The notes under the pieces were generated by a model. It ran no database searches, was not told the origin of the DNA, and was given only the letters and a program-made list of their open reading frames with translations. Both the position numbers and the translations under genes were made by a program. From Octopus vulgaris (taxonomy: Eukaryota): a stretch of 64,000 nucleotides of DNA. Below are positions 27,871 through 44,460 of this stretch, piece by piece (within the stretch, counting starts at the first letter, position 1; each line of letters starts with the position of its first letter). The stretch is taken from contig OX597822.1 in the NCBI GenBank assembly GCA_951406725.2, positions 61,690,001 to 61,754,000 on the forward strand. Direction: 5' to 3'.

Positions 27871-28649
27871 AGATTAGGTAGGCATGATCCGTCCCTGCTT
27901 TTCAATCTCAGTACTAAGGCTACACATAGTATTGCTGTAGTACACGTGCTGCGTACATTCCTACAACAACGTTTCCTTTACGTACTATAAAGGCAGAAGT
28001 AAATCTGCCTTCACCTCAGTCGCGTGTCTGTGTTTCGCTTTTTTTTGTGATTTACTACATAAACCTCACCAACTGCCTACCCTGTGTAATTACTGACGGT
28101 ACGTGTACTGTAGTTATACATGTTTCAATTTAACATGAGGAATACAATGAATATAGATATTGATATTGACAATAATATAAATATAATAAATTCATTATAA
28201 AATATACATATACATTTAGATCTTTCCCATTAGTAAATCTAAACATAGTCTCAAAATATTATTTATCACCTGAGATATTTTATTGTATATAGCTTATAGA
28301 GTTTATCTTTTCTTGATAATTCTCATAAGTTATATATAATGAAATATCCCAAATGTTAAATGTATTGTTTTAGGCTATGTCAGAAGATTTACGCATGAGA
28401 AAACATCTAAATGTGTGTATAAATTTTATTATGAATTTATTATATCTACTATTATTAATATTAATATCTATATTCATAAAAAGTATTTTCCATGTTGTAA
28501 CGAAACATATGTAACTACAATATTAAAATAGTAACATGAACTTCAGCCTTTGTTTTAGTGCATACTTACACTACGAATAATATTGTTGACCAAGAATTTC
28601 AGCTTGTATTTATGATTTTCTCATTCAAGATAAAAATGTATCCATGAAC

Positions 28650-29330
28650 TGGGAGAGCCAATTATATAAACGTTTGAAATATGTTCCTAATGCAATGTTT
28701 CAAGAGAAGAGTAATTCATTTCTAAAATTCCACCTGGAAGACAGGCCGTATTTGATTAGTGTAAGAAGGGAGTCACTGAGTTATGCTGAGAGCGAATAAC
28801 GATATTTTAAACAAATATTTACCGAAAAGCAATGTAAATTAATTCTGGCAAATAAACCTCTTTTTATTTTTCACATCTGTTAAACAGTATCTTTTATGAA
28901 TAAATTAAAGAAGGAATTATATCACCGTGTCACCGTGCTCTTAGATTTTGATCCTATGTTTAGTAACATTGAATCAATATCCCCACATGTATTGTTATCT
29001 ATTCAGAGAATCCTCGGTATTTTAATACTCTTTGTAGGATAGCTAAATGTATCTTCATCCGGAAACCAGGAAAGTATGCGTTTACAACTATTAAAGGATA
29101 AATTGCCCAAGATAGTATGTACACGGTAATAACTCACATTTAAAAGAAATCATTTTCGTTTGAATTGTGACAAGGCCTAAGGTTATTGGTATCTAGTTTC
29201 GAAGTGATGTATAAAAAGTTTGCCTATAGCGAGATTAGTTTCTGTATGCAGCATCCTATTTCATTGTAGAATCTCATCAGCATTAGGTCTTCTCTTAATT
29301 AACCAAGTTCATGTCCGGACATGTCTCTCT
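28650..29330 (-). pseudogene. Highly decayed L1-type apurinic endonuclease domain
   Basis: Minus-strand motif relics in the expected order across frameshifts: GCCIQ-TNL (QETH-like), LIVVNAYFP, GDIDSML (GDFN-like), ARINL (SRID-like), LSDS (SDH-like), WNFRNELL. Confidence 0.55.
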
Positions 29331-29960
29331 ATATTAGTAAATCGTTGTGCCTGAAAATTTCTCATATGACTGCTACAGAGCGTCATTCTAATAACAAAAA
29401 TAGTATTTATTATCTTATACGGGAAACGTACACAAAAGTGCGTAAAGACAGAAAATTTTTTTACATTCGATGATGGAATTTGATTGGATGCAGAAAAAAA
29501 AAGTTATATATATATATATATATATATATTCATTTGGACCTGATTTACAACAACTGAATAGAGTAAGAAGGAAGTTAAAGACAAATGGTATAAAAATTAT
29601 CGGGAAAACAATTTCGGAAATACATTTTGATTGAAGTTGGAATCATATATACAATAATCAATATAATTTACATTAAACCATTCCATGAATTGGCCCAATG
29701 GGTTATTTATTCATGTGTCAGATTTGTACACACAAACACATACAACATAACACATGCGCGCGCACATACACACACACTCACATATATGACCATATGTACT
29801 GTACATTTATACATACATGTATACCCACATGTACATGTATGTGTTTACAAACACACATACACACAGAGACATATATGTGTGTGTGTGTGCATCCCTACGT
29901 ACATGTATACACATATATATAGGTACAGACGTTCACTGGGAGGTGAGAAAGTAGAAACAG

Positions 29961-29996
29961 CTTTGAAGTTTCGAGCATAAGCTCTTCTTCAGAAAG
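29961..29996 (-). ncRNA. Minimal hammerhead ribozyme, stem III mutated
   Basis: CTTT CTGAAGA a GAGC ttat GCTC GAAA CT TC AAAG. Confidence 0.65.
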
Positions 29997-30360
29997 TTAG
30001 ATATATAGACAGGGGGTAAAGTGTACAGGAAGAAAGAAAACTCTGGAGTAAAGGGGAAATACGTGTTGCTCTGAACATGTTTACTTGAAGTTGCCTTTCA
30101 TGTACGCACGTACGCATACATGCATATATAAACATATATGTGCATTCAAACATATGCTTTCTCACATACCTTTATACATGCATGTCTATATCAACACTTG
30201 TATTCACTCATATGTATATATATTCGTATATTCGATCACACAAATATCTACAGGCAACGTTCATACATTCCATTCGTAGTTGCACAATGTGCTCAGATAT
30301 AAAATATGATTGAGTGCATTAAATAACAATAATGATGATGATGATGATGATGATAATAAT

Positions 30361-30922
30361 GCCCTGATACAGTACCAGGCAGTGGCTCTCATGGCTTCTG
30401 ATCTTAACTGATTGGAAGTGTTATCATGTACATTGTTTTGTTTTGGTATAAAAGATGGGCTACAGCAAATATTCTGCTCAATACCACAGATTTGCTCGTC
30501 AGTTGTTTGACCTTAACCAGTTGAACGTGTCCCTTAGTGGCTGACGATATGTGCACCTCTGATCACAAGCAGAAGTAATGGGGGAGCATCATAGCCATGT
30601 GTTGAGAGGGATTCTTTCGGGTTTGAATAGTTCACCTCTGGAAACATGGGTGTTTTGTTCAACATCCTTAAACAACCCTTATTCAGGGACCTTTTGAGCG
30701 GGATGGGCTACTCGACCAGAAGAACATTTTAACTGGGCCCCACCTGCAAGGTCATGCGCTGTTTATCTTGATATGAGATCACCATGTCGCGCACATATGG
30801 TTGTGATGTATGTGCCTATGAGCCTAGTGTACCCTTATCAGACGGGTAGTCATGATGGGTATGCTGGGCTTCGTATATTTTACCCCAGTGTCACTTTGAT
30901 GACATGCACTGCTCTCTCACTC
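30361..30922 (+). mobile_element. ~560-bp non-coding retroposon with (TAA)n tail
   Basis: Closely similar copies at 40233-40774 and 40983-41457; all end CTCTCACTC followed by (AAT)n. Confidence 0.85.
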
Positions 30923-30994
<72 letters not shown>

Positions 30995-30999
30995 GAACA

Positions 31000-31778
31000 G
31001 GTGATGAAGCACTAACAACAGAAAGTACAAGACTGAAATGCAACGAGAGCAAGTCAGACAGATCGAAGATCACATCGGACACCTCAGCATGGCCAATTTT
31101 GGAGAGCCACCGAAGACATGTGGAACAAAATCCAAGGTTTGGTTAAAAAAGGGACAATTAAAAAGAGAAGCAGAGAGCCTACTTGTAGCAGCCCAAGATC
31201 AAGCGATAAAAATAAACAACTTGAGAAAAAATATATAGAGAGAGAATGTGTCAGAAAAACGTAGAGCCTGTGGAATTTGGTACGAGACAGTGGCATACAT
31301 TGTGATGGAATGCCCCAAGTTGGCACAGGAAGAATATAAGAAATGGAGGCACGATCAGGTTGTAAAAGTTATACAGTGGAAAATGGCGGTTTGAAGCTGG
31401 AAACACATGGTACAATCATCAAGTCGAAAGAGTACTGGAGTCGGAGAGATGTAAGATTTTGTGGAACTTTTCTATTCAAACGGACAAGAAATTAGAAAAT
31501 AATAGACTAGACATAACGATTGTAGATAAGGAAAAGCGAAGTTGCTTACTTATCGACCAATCATGCCTGTTTGATTCCAGTATCGCAAAGAAAGAGGAAG
31601 AAAAACAGGATTCAATCCTAGCATCCCAAGACTAGAGTCTCCTCACCCGGAACTATCAAGCTAACGTTACACACAATGAGATAGACACAAAGCGTAGACT
31701 CTGAATTGACAAACCTGAGAATATTGACTACATTGTTGCCGCCGGTTGCTCAGTCCTTGCCCCAACAGAATATAAAAC
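31000..31778 (+). pseudogene. R4/Dong-type LINE C-terminal fragments (zinc knuckle + restriction-like endonuclease)
   Basis: WLKKGQLKREAESLLVAAQDQAI, ECPKLAQEEYKKWRHD, KILWNFSIQTDK..NRLDITIVDK; a second fragment from ~31615 (ILASQD..LLTRNYQ). Confidence 0.85.
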
Positions 31779-33345
31779 TGTTGTGGAAGGGTTCTGACCA
31801 CCCCAATAAGTGACTAAATGTGCGATTGGCAGTTCGTGTTAGTAGCAGTTCACTGTGAGCCTTTGATAATGAGCGTTGAATCTCGTGTAATAGTATTGAT
31901 ATTGTGTCGCGTACACACTTTCTTCCCCTGCTTCGTTATATTATATGTCCAATACAAGGATATGAAAGTAGCGGCGAGTTGTTCGAAGCTTGTGTTGGAC
32001 GTTTAAAATTTATTTTTGAAACGAAATCAAAGAAAAAATTGTTTTAACATGAAAGAGCAATTGGCCTCCGCGGTGCAGTTGCAACAGCAACAGCAGCAAC
32101 AACAACAATGATTACAGCAACAACTACTGCAGCAACAAATACAACAGTAAAAACAACAAAACCAACACATTCTGGAATTAATGTTCAAGGGGTCTGAAAA
32201 TACTTCAGGTTCGTACTCGCTGGACAGCAAAGCAAATTCAATTGAAGAATTCAGCTATAAACCAGAAGATGGGATTATCTTCTCTGCATATTTTCGTAGG
32301 TACGAAGAAATCTTCAAAGAAGAGTGTAAAAGTTGGTCTGACGAGAAAAAAGTACTACTTTTAAGAAAGTTATCCTTTGCCGAATACGAAAAATATACCG
32401 AAGAAGCCAGGTGAGATTTGTTTCGATGAATCAATTAATATTTTATTGAAACTTTTCAGTGAAAGAAAACCCTGTTCAATACTCGCTGGCAGAAAGATGA
32501 TGAAGATTTCGTTACTTATGCCGGAGTAGCTAACAGAGTGTGAGAAGTTGAAATTGAATGAGCTGACCCTGGACATGTTCAAGTCTTTAATTTTTGTTCA
32601 AGGGAGTACTGCAAACAAAGATGCAGATATACGTTCCGGGATACTAACAAAATTAGAACAGGACCAAAATACAACTCTGCAGGTAATAGCAGAAGAATAT
32701 TAGTGGGTTATTAATCTACGACATGACGCAAATAAAATTGAAGAGAAATATTGCTTTCAAGTATGTCAACCGGTAACGAATAAGAAACAAGAGAAAAAAA
32801 ACATCAAAACCGAATCCATATTATGGTGCGGTGGTCTACATTTTAAAAATAACTACCCGTTTAATTTTTTTACGCTACAAATGTGGTAAAATAGGCTATA
32901 AAAAGTCGTATTGTAGGACAGAACATAAATAACGGTTCAACCTAAATAACATATTATCGTTGACAAAATTATACGAACGAGCCTCAAAGAAAATTTGTGT
33001 ATGTAAAAATTAGTGACACAAATGTTAAGTTTCAAGTGGATACAGGCAGCGATATAGCAAAAATTAACACAGATACATGGGAAAAGATCGGAGGAGCTAA
33101 ATTAAATGAAGCCTGGAAAATTCCCTGTGGTGTTTCAGGAGAAAAATTATATTTTAAGGGCGAATTGATAAGTAGCATTACATTTCGTGAAAAAACCTTA
33201 AAAGCTATAGTTTTTGTGCTAAATAATACAAATTTGTTCGGTACTGACTGGATTAACTTATGGGACCTCCCCATAATTCTCTTCTGTAAGAATGTAAATG
33301 GTTTTCCGTCCAGTACAAATAAATCGTCAGACGTATTCAAAGAAA
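31779..33345 (+). mobile_element. Ty3/gypsy LTR retrotransposon remnant (putative 5' LTR, gag, protease)
   Basis: TGTTGT start interrupting a LINE; PBS-like GTAGCGGCGAG near 31968; gag-like FSYKPEDGIIFSAYFRRYE; aspartic protease motif FQVDTGSD and NLFGTDWI; many stops. Confidence 0.8.
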
Positions 33346-33549
33346 TTTTTTTTAATATTTTACCTGTCCGATCAGGTTTCCATTTCTTGCCGGGTGTCTT
33401 CCTGACACCTAGGGCAGAGAAACGTACAGCATAATTTGGTAGGACATTACAACAAGCACACCAGATTGTTCGTTTACATTGTCATGTGATAGAGAAAATG
33501 GGGAAGATAGAGAAAAAGGGGAAAATTAAAAAATAGAAAACTAAACAAA

Positions 33550-34315
<766 letters not shown>

Positions 34316-34339
34316 AAATAAAGGGTGGAAAAGGAAGAA

Positions 34340-37300
34340 ACTTTACAGCGACAATGCTCTTCTAAATACATGTGACGTACCAGTCAAAACAATCTTTTGC
34401 ACTTCCTGCATGGATGGGAAGCCAGGGATCATTCTTAAATAATTTTCAGTTCGATTTTTGATTATCCCAAGTGCTCCGACAATCACTGGTATTGTAACCG
34501 TCATGAGATGCACATATTTTCGATTTTGATTAGCAGATCTTTATATTTTCTGTGCTTAACAAATTCTTCTGCCGAAATATTATGGCCACAAGGTATGCTC
34601 ATGTCAATCAATAAACTTACTTTATTGCTTTTTTCTTTCACAATAATATCTGGTTTATTTGCCTTGATGGTCCGTTCTGTACACACTGGAAATCCCAAAG
34701 AATAGTTACATTTTTTCCTTCAGTTACAGCCTCAGGGTGATGTTTGTACCATTTGTCAGCAGTTTTGATTTTATAATGCCGACACATTATCCAATGTAGA
34801 TATTGGCCAACTCTGTCATGTCTTGATTTGTACTCTACAGGTGCTAAAACCTTACATCCACAGATTAGATGATCGACTGTTTCTAATCCATCGTTGCAGT
34901 ATCGGCACTTTGGGTCTACACCATTTTTCATCACATTGGCTTGACAGTTCTGGATCAATAAGCTCTGATCTTTGGCAACCAAGATAAAGCCTTCACTCTC
35001 TGCCTTTAGCCCTGAGTACTGCAGTAACAGATGGGTGTGCTTCTGGGCTACATCAGCTTGTTTGCTACGGGCCACATATTAGCGATGCAGAGGTTTTTGT
35101 TCCTACCTATTAGTCAATTGTTCAAATGCATTTTGCTTTTTTATTGATTTCACCTTCTTTGCAACTACAGATACTGCACTTACCTCATGCTGTTCAATTT
35201 GGGTATTATGCATAAACTCACTTGAAAATCGTTTTGCTCTCCTTCATAACAGAATGAAGCTTCTTACGTCTTTTATGGTTTTCAACGAGTTTAGCATCCA
35301 GTCGTTAGATATTTCAAGATATTTTGCCAGTCCAATTGTGGTGGTTTTGTAGGAGATTTAAAACTGGATCAAGTCTCGACTTCCTCGAGCTCTCGGTAGG
35401 TAAAGATGATCTGCGTTTGCCTTTGGGTGGTGCATCTTATTGCAAGTCGGCAGCTTACGGATTTTCGTGTCAATCTTCCTTATTTCGCTCATATTTCAGT
35501 TCAACATATTGAAACCGTAAATAACAACAGGAACTGCAAGGGAATTTATAGCTAACATCTGGTTACGCGCATTTAACTCGGATTTTAGGACTGCTCGAAC
35601 TCTCCTGTAACACTCCTTCCTGATCTTCTCTTTCATACTTGCATGTTGAATGCCAGAGCCCTCATTTATTCTGAGGTATTTGTAAGTTTGTTCCTGCTCA
35701 AGTTCTTTTATGACTGTGTCAACATCCAACACCACCGAATGTGAGGTCTTCACTTTCGCCTTCTGGAAAGTGGCCTTGGCACATTTATCAAGACCAAATT
35801 CTATCCCAATGTCATCAATGAATGCGTTCACAGTACATAGTAGTCCTTCAAGCTCATAATCATGTTTGCCATAGAGTTTTAAGTCATCCATATAAAATAG
35901 ATGACTTATTTTCTTGACGCCAGTTTTACATCCATACCCTTTTCTGTTGAGTTTACTTGTAAATTAAAGGTGAAAGTGAGTCACCTTGGAAAATGTTGCA
36001 GTTTATATTAATATTTTTTGTGGTTAGTACTCCATTAGAGTGGTATAATTGGAGATTTGCATTCCACATTGACATGCTGTGCTTCAGGAAGCCTGAAATC
36101 ACATGAGAAATTTCGAAGATATCCAGCGATTTCAAAACCAATGAATGCAGTATGCTGTCAAAGACAGTTTTATAATCAATCCATGCAGAACTGAGATTTC
36201 TGCGCTTGTTATGACAGTTCTCAAGGATCTTGCGATTGATTAACAGTTAGTCTTTGCATCCATATGAGCGTCGTCAGCACCCTTTTTGTTCAGTGAGGAA
36301 AATATCGTTCTGTTCCATAAGTGTGTATGTTTTCTCCGTGATGATTGATGCTAAAATTTTATACGTGGTAGATGGACATGTTATGGGCCGATAGTTTTGG
36401 GGAAATTTGCTTTCATTATTCTTCAGCAGTTGGTAACCAATCGGGTGTTTTCGCAGGATCTCTCATAATTTCATTGAATAACTGGAGTAACGTTTCGTGG
36501 GCGCACGGGAGTGAGGCGAGCTAGAAATTTGGCAGCCTCTCATTACCAGTAGATTTCTACTTATCAGCCTTCGTGAGTGTCATCCTTAGGTCTGTTATTG
36601 CGATGTCTTCCCATCACAATTTTTGTTACGTTTTGGTAGGATCTTTCTGTATGTCTAATCCAGTCTGCGTTTTCATTGTATGTCTTTTCTTCAGATAATT
36701 TTCCAGAAGTTTTCATCTTCTTGCATGGCAGGTGGGGGGGGGGTCTTCAACGGATATTTTATCCTTCCCTATTTCTCTATAGAATGTTTTCGCATTGGAT
36801 ATGAACAGCTTATCTTGTAATTTTTTTTCTCTTCCCAAATCTTCATTTTCTTTGAGATTTTGCTTGGACTTTTTGTTGCAGTGTTTCTTTCCCTGAAAGT
36901 AGTTCTTCTCTTGATGAGAATCTGTTTTCTCTACATCTTTCTTCCTTTTCTGGTTTTTACATTGTTTCCATAAATTGGTTCATTAAATATTGGTATTTCA
37001 CCTCTCATTATTTCAATCTCTTTTTTAATTTTACTTTTCCATTTTGGAATTCTCCTTAAGTTTGTATTTCTTTGTTTTTTCAGAGGCATACAACTGGTTT
37101 CAATTGTCTTAGCAGCTGCGTAAATAGTTTCATTTAATTCAGTGAGATCTGGTTATAGTTATTATATAATTTCCTTTGTTACATAGTTTCCATTTTTAAT
37201 TTGTTTTCTATTTTGGATTGTATTTGAGAGCTTATAAAGTCGTTCTCTGTCATGTATATTAGTGTGTCTTACAACTGCAAGCTTATTCAGGATTTTCTGC

Positions 37301-37953
37301 TTCAGTTCTATCACAGACTCTCTGTGTTCTTCAGTAAATGAGTAGTCTTCAAATATTGTTTCTTTACCATTTTCCTCGCTATATTTATCAGGTTCATTAC
37401 AATTTATTTTCTTCAGACGCTTGCGTGTTCTAGTCAGATGACAGTCTTTCAATTGAGACTCGAGGAGAGTTGCTCTCTTCGCCTGGTTTTTCATTTCCTT
37501 GTTATCTTATATTTAGGTAATTTTCCGCTGCTAGTCCTTTATTTCTGAGGATATTCCTCCTAACATTTGCTAACTTGGTTTCGTCCAAATATAGTTTGCT
37601 GTCTTGATTTCGTGTTCTCCTTATTTGATAAGCATGTGCAGTGTGTTTCTCTTCAGATGGTCTACCTAACGCATAATAATAGGCGTATATTACTTCTGTA
37701 TACTCTTTTCAGGTCCATTTGATCCTCCTACATTTTCTTTCTGTGGTAGGAGTGGTGGTGGACTTGGAGGGTTCGAGTTGGGGCAGTTCCCGTTCAAGTG
37801 ACCATCCAGGTTCGTATTCAGGGAAGAGTTTGTGCCAGTGGATGACTTTTCGACCCCAGGCTGGCTCTCTCCTGGGGGTCGCGCTTCCAGATTAACCATA
37901 GGACAAGCGATTTGGTGAACTGTTGTAGTTTTCCTTTGTGTTTCGTTAGACAT
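34340..37953 (-). pseudogene. Near full-length decayed R4/Dong-type LINE (RT + zinc knuckle + RLE)
   Basis: IFQGDSLSPL, YMDDLKLY, FGLDKCA, CRYC..ETVDHLICGC, RHDRVG, NKPDIIV..LIDMSIP in the ORF track; fragmented reading frame. Confidence 0.92.
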
Positions 37954-38493
37954 ATTTGTGCTACGTTAAAATTATTAGTATTAAGCCTTGTATTGTGGCA
38001 GATGTAGAGACGGTTGTTGTCTCTGCCACTATTGTCGACTCCGCCATTAATACCGTTGCAGTTACTTTGACCTTGTTATTACAGCATTGTTCATCGTTAG
38101 CTACCACCAATAGTACATTGATCTGTATAGTTGTGGCTAACTTTTGTAGCCATGGTGATAGTATAGACATTATTTATTTAAATCTGTCACCTTTGCTACT
38201 ACTATTATGTGGTATTATTAAATGTTTAGTTTCAACTGTGGTCATGTACTTGAGATAATCAAATATGTGAGATTTGAAGGGAATAGTAGGAGGAAGAGAA
38301 ACAGCTTCATGACTAGATCAAATTCCACAGGTCTGTAAATAGATTTGGTAGATGGTGAGGAGATCAGCAATGGGCATTCCTGTGCGGTAACAGAGGTCAA
38401 ATGTGTTTACTACTACTAACGATCAATGACAGCGCTGATCTTAACCTTGTAAAGAACCAATTCACCTATTTTTAATTACTGATAGAAAATAAC

Positions 38494-38605
<112 letters not shown>

Positions 38606-39244
38606 TAATGTTAACATCATTGAATTTTTAAATTTCTGGATTGTCTTTTCAAAATTTTTCTTTTCTTTTTATTAGTTTTGCTGTGGTTTACAGTTTTTGT
38701 AATTGGGATCTAGTTAGTTTCATTCGCAAAATAAGCCCCCTTTATATATTAATATAACAAATTTTAAAAAATAATAAAAACATACAATCAATGAAGAGAC
38801 AAAAGAAACAGTAAGATGATACAAGTTGATTTTATTAGGTATTTCTGTTTAGTTAGAAATCTACAATAAAATTAGGTGTTTCTGTTTGTTCAGAAAACAA
38901 CAATGAACAGGTCATTTCACAGACGATACACTATAAATTTCACAGGGTACAACCTTAAAGTTGACACCGCTTCGCTAAACGCAGAAACTTTCTGTTTCAC
39001 TATTGGTTAAAAATACACAGTTTTTTCTTTTCGATTTTTAAACCTCTGTAACTTCCTCCAATTTTTTTTTCTCCATAACATCATAACTTCATAGCAATAA
39101 GACTGGAAAAGTACATTATTATTGCCAATTTTCAGATTTTTTACTTCCTTTTAAAAATTGCATATTTTGTGAATCAGTTTAACTAGATCCTGCAATTGTA
39201 CTGTTTGTATATAGTGGCAGGTGCTTAATGCCGTGCATTTAATT

Positions 39245-39650
39245 GTGTTCTTGCAATAAAAGATATGTTTACATATTCGGGTAGTAAGGGAGAAAAGAAA
39301 GGTAAACTTTTCACACAAAATTGTAGATATCAATATTTTAAAATTTTATAGAGATGATCTTTTGAATGTACGATCAGAGAAGACTGTAGTGTTTTTGCAA
39401 TAAAAAGGATGTTTACATTTTCGAATACTCAGGGAGAAAGGAAAGGAAAGAAAAGGAGGGTAAAATTTTCACAGAAAATTGTAGGTATTATAGTTATAAA
39501 ATTTACTAAAGATGATCTTTTGTGTGTCCAAAGAGAGAAAACTGTAGTGTTCTTAGAATAATAAAAAAAGGACGTTTACATTTTCGAATACTCAGGTAGA
39601 GAGGAAAGGATAGATGTTCACAGAAGTTGTAGATATTAAAGTTTTTAAAG
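39245..39650 (+). repeat. Diverged tandem repeat, ~2.7 units of 145-160 bp
   Basis: Recurrent GTTTACAT(T/A)TTCG...TTCACA(C/G)AA..TTGTAG...AGATGATCTTTTG. Confidence 0.75.
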
Positions 39651-39820
39651 CTTATCGTTTGTGTAGATATGTAAGCTTCTTAACTTATTTTGAAGGAAAT
39701 TTTAAATACTCACAAGAAATTGTAGATATTCCAGTCTTTGAGTCCTGCTGGGTTGTATTAGTGTTTCTGCGTCTTCGGTTGCTGACTGGTCAGATCAGCA
39801 AAGAACACGTCCACCCGCTA

Positions 39821-39894
<74 letters not shown>

Positions 39895-40105
39895 GGCGGC
39901 CAGCTGGCAGAACCGTTAGCACGCCGGGCGAAATGCTTGGCAGCAGTTCGTCCGTTCTCACGTTCTGTGTTCAAATTCCACCTAAGTCGACTTTGCCTTT
40001 CATGCTTTCGGGGTTGATTAAATAAGTAGCAGTTACGCACAGGGATCGATATAATCGACTTAATCCCTACCCCAAAATTTGAGGCCTTGTGCTACTAGTA
40101 GAAAG
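39895..40105 (+). mobile_element. SINE family B inserted in (TTA)n
   Basis: Head GGCGGCCAGCTGGCAGAA, core and tail; TTA repeats on both sides. Confidence 0.88.
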
Positions 40106-40108
40106 GAC

Positions 40109-40186
<78 letters not shown>

Positions 40187-40232
40187 CATCATCATTAGTA
40201 TTATCATTATTATTATTATTATTATTATTATT

Positions 40233-41513
<1,281 letters not shown>

Positions 41514-43505
41514 GCCTTTGCACAGCTTCTAACGCTGGAGATGTACTACAGTGTCAGCTGTTTACTACCAGTGAACTAAGGTAACACTTCTTATTTTCCG
41601 AGCACCTTCCGGAGTATTCGAGCGGTTCCAAGCACTGCTGTATTCTGCAAGTGCTCCACCCTTATTGTAACCCCTATTTGTTCCACGTACTTCTCTAGAT
41701 TTTTGCTCAATGTTCTCAGGGATCAGACAATTATTCGTACTACTGCTACCTTTTTCATCGACCACAACTGCTTAACTTCCCATGCTATCCTTATCATCAT
41801 CCGTTGCTTTTCCGGTTTTAGTTTGGAGTCCAGTTGTTTTACGACTTTTGTTGTTTCTTCTTTTTCTTCATAGTTATTAGGCACTATGACTTTTTTTTTT
41901 TTTCGTATTTGTCAGCTTCTTTAAAAACTGGAAACAGTTTTTTGCTTTGTTCGTGTTTTGTAACTATTTGTATTAGTTTTCCTTGCATCTGATGTATGTA
42001 TTTCTGTAGTCCTAAGGTGGTTATTTTGTAATAGTTCTCTAGCTGTATAAGGCCTCTACCTCCTTCGATACGTTATATTTATACGCTTTCTATGTCAGAT
42101 TTTGGGTGGTGCATCCTAAGTCCTGTCATTATTTTTGTTGTTTTCCGATCTATTTCGATTATTTCATTTATAGTCCAGTTAAGAATATTACAGCTGTAAC
42201 TTATAACTGGGACGGCTAGAGTGTTAACCTATTATCTTATTTCTCGCATTGAGCTGTTTTCAGTATTAACTCTAACTCGTCTATAGTATTCTTTTCTTAT
42301 CCTCTCTTTCACTGGCGTGAGTTTTATCGTATTTAGTTCATTGATTCCTAAGGATTTGTATGTCTGACTTTAATTTCATGTTTATTTCTTTGGTAAATCC
42401 ATGTACTGTCTGTAGTAATGTTTCCAGCTGTTTATCATTTGTAGCGTACAGTTTTAGATCATCCATATAGAAGAGAGGTTTGATTGTTTTACTGCAACAG
42501 TTTATCTACATTCAGTTCTGTTTAGCATGTCAGATAAAGGTGTCAGTACTAAGTAGAAAAGGAGTGGAGAGAGCGTGTCCCTGGAATATCCCTTTTCTAA
42601 TGGGGATAGATTAGGTTTTTATGAGTCCTTCTTTTGTCTGGAGCTGTAGCACTTTATTCATGGAATGTTTTATATATTTTATGATAGTTGTTGCTACCTT
42701 ATTTTTCTAGTGTTTCTAGGATTCATGTGCGCGGAATACTATCAAAAGTTTTTCGGGAATCAATCCAGGCCATACTTAGACCCTCCTTCTCTCTTCAGCT
42801 ATAGCTTTATTGATCAGTAGCGGATCTTTACAGCCGTATGATCCATTGGAGCATCCCTTCTGCTCTTTTGGAGACAGGTTGTTTTCTTCTAGATGCTTGC
42901 TCATTCTCTCCGATATTATTGCAGTAAAGGCTTTGAAAATTGTAGGGAGACAAGTTATCGGTCTCTAATTTTGTGGGTTTGTCGTTTCAGTGGATTTGGG
43001 AATTAGTATAGTTTTCTTTTCCGTGAGCCATTCAGGCATTGTCTCTGGCTCTGCTAGTATTTCATTAAACTTCTCGGCCATATTTTTATGTGTTCCTGTG
43101 GGGTATTTCAACCAGACGTTGGGGATCTTATTGTGCCCGGGTACCTTCCAGTTGCTTAGTTTTTTGCAGTGCCTGGGTAACCTCTTCAGTTGTTATAGGG
43201 GTCCAGAGTTGTTCAGGTGGTGTGTTCGTTGCTTTGATAGACCTCTTTTTGAGGTAGCTCTTTCACTGACCATATTCTTCCACCGTTCCAAAATTCTTCC
43301 ACTTCCTCTGCTGCTAGTGCTGCATTGATCTCTATTTTCTTTTCGCCAAGTCCTTGGTAGAATTTTTTGGGGTTTGAACAGAACTGTTTGCTTTATTCAA
43401 GAAACGCTGGCGTTTCTCATACCGACGGATTCTTTGTGCTTTGGCGAGGATATCTTGCTTCAGGTGTTCTTTTACCTCAGGTATACCTTGTTCTGTAATT
43501 CTGTA
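41514..43505 (-). pseudogene. 5'-truncated, internally deleted R4/Dong-type LINE
   Basis: Minus translation RPITCLPTIFK, GCKDPLLI, AWIDSRKTFDSIP, DTLSPLLF, LFYMDDLKLY; 3' end abuts (TAA)n. Confidence 0.88.
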
Positions 43506-44149
43506 TTTACGTCTTCTTCTTCTTCTTCTTCTTCTTCTTCTTCTTCTTCTTCTTCTTCTTCTTCTTCTTCTTCTTCTTCTTCTTCTTCTTCTTCTTCTTC
43601 TATTATTATTCTTCTTCTTCTATTATTATTATTCTTCTTCTTATTATTATTATGTTATTTTATATTTTTTCTAGTTACACCTCGCCGAGAAGTAGCCATG
43701 AGTCGGATCTACGCTTTAAATTGGATTTGGTACTTACCGCATAGCTGTTTTACTTGTGAACCCTATTTTATTTTAGCTCACCGTTTCTGGCACCCTATGT
43801 GATAATGTGCCTAGATTTTATTGAATCCTATAACTTATATATATATATATATATATATAGATGTGTGTGGTTGCAGATAGTGTTCTTGTGGGCATCAGGT
43901 CAAGAAAAATACTTACGTCGAGCGTGAAAGACAGGTGTTCTCGTCAAACATTCAATTATTCGCCTTCGATTCGAAAACTATCATAGTACAATGCACATGT
44001 AACACAAATATATCAAAAGAAAACAAAAAAATTGCATTTTCAAAGATTGCCACTGAATAAACGTAAGAATACACAGAACGGTAAAGTCAGTGCATTGAAA
44101 ATGTCCATATTATTGTAAAATTACTATTTTATTTATTTATGCGCCCTTT

Positions 44150-44446
44150 TCAAGCCTAGCCAGGCTCATGGACCAGGTTTCCCGCTTTCTGTGGCGTATG
44201 TGTTCCCCACCAGCTGGATAGGACGCCAGCCCATCGCAGCGTTACTCAAGAAACTGGAAGAGAGAGTGAGAGAAAGTTGGGGCGAAAGAGTACAAAAAGG
44301 GTCGCCACCACCCCGTGCCGGAGATCGTGGAGCTTTTAGGTGTTTTCGCTCAATAAACACACACAACGCCCGGTCTGTGAATCGAAACCGCGATCCTCCG
44401 ACCGCGAGTCTCTGCTGCCCTAACCACTGGGCCATTGCGCCTCCAC
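44150..44446 (-). mobile_element. SINE family C
   Basis: Head GGAGGCGCAATGGCCCAGTGGTTAGG...GTTTCGATTC; GATGGGCTGGCGTCCTATCCAG; tail shared with 827-1050. Confidence 0.85.
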
Positions 44447-44460
44447 ATTGTAAAATTACT

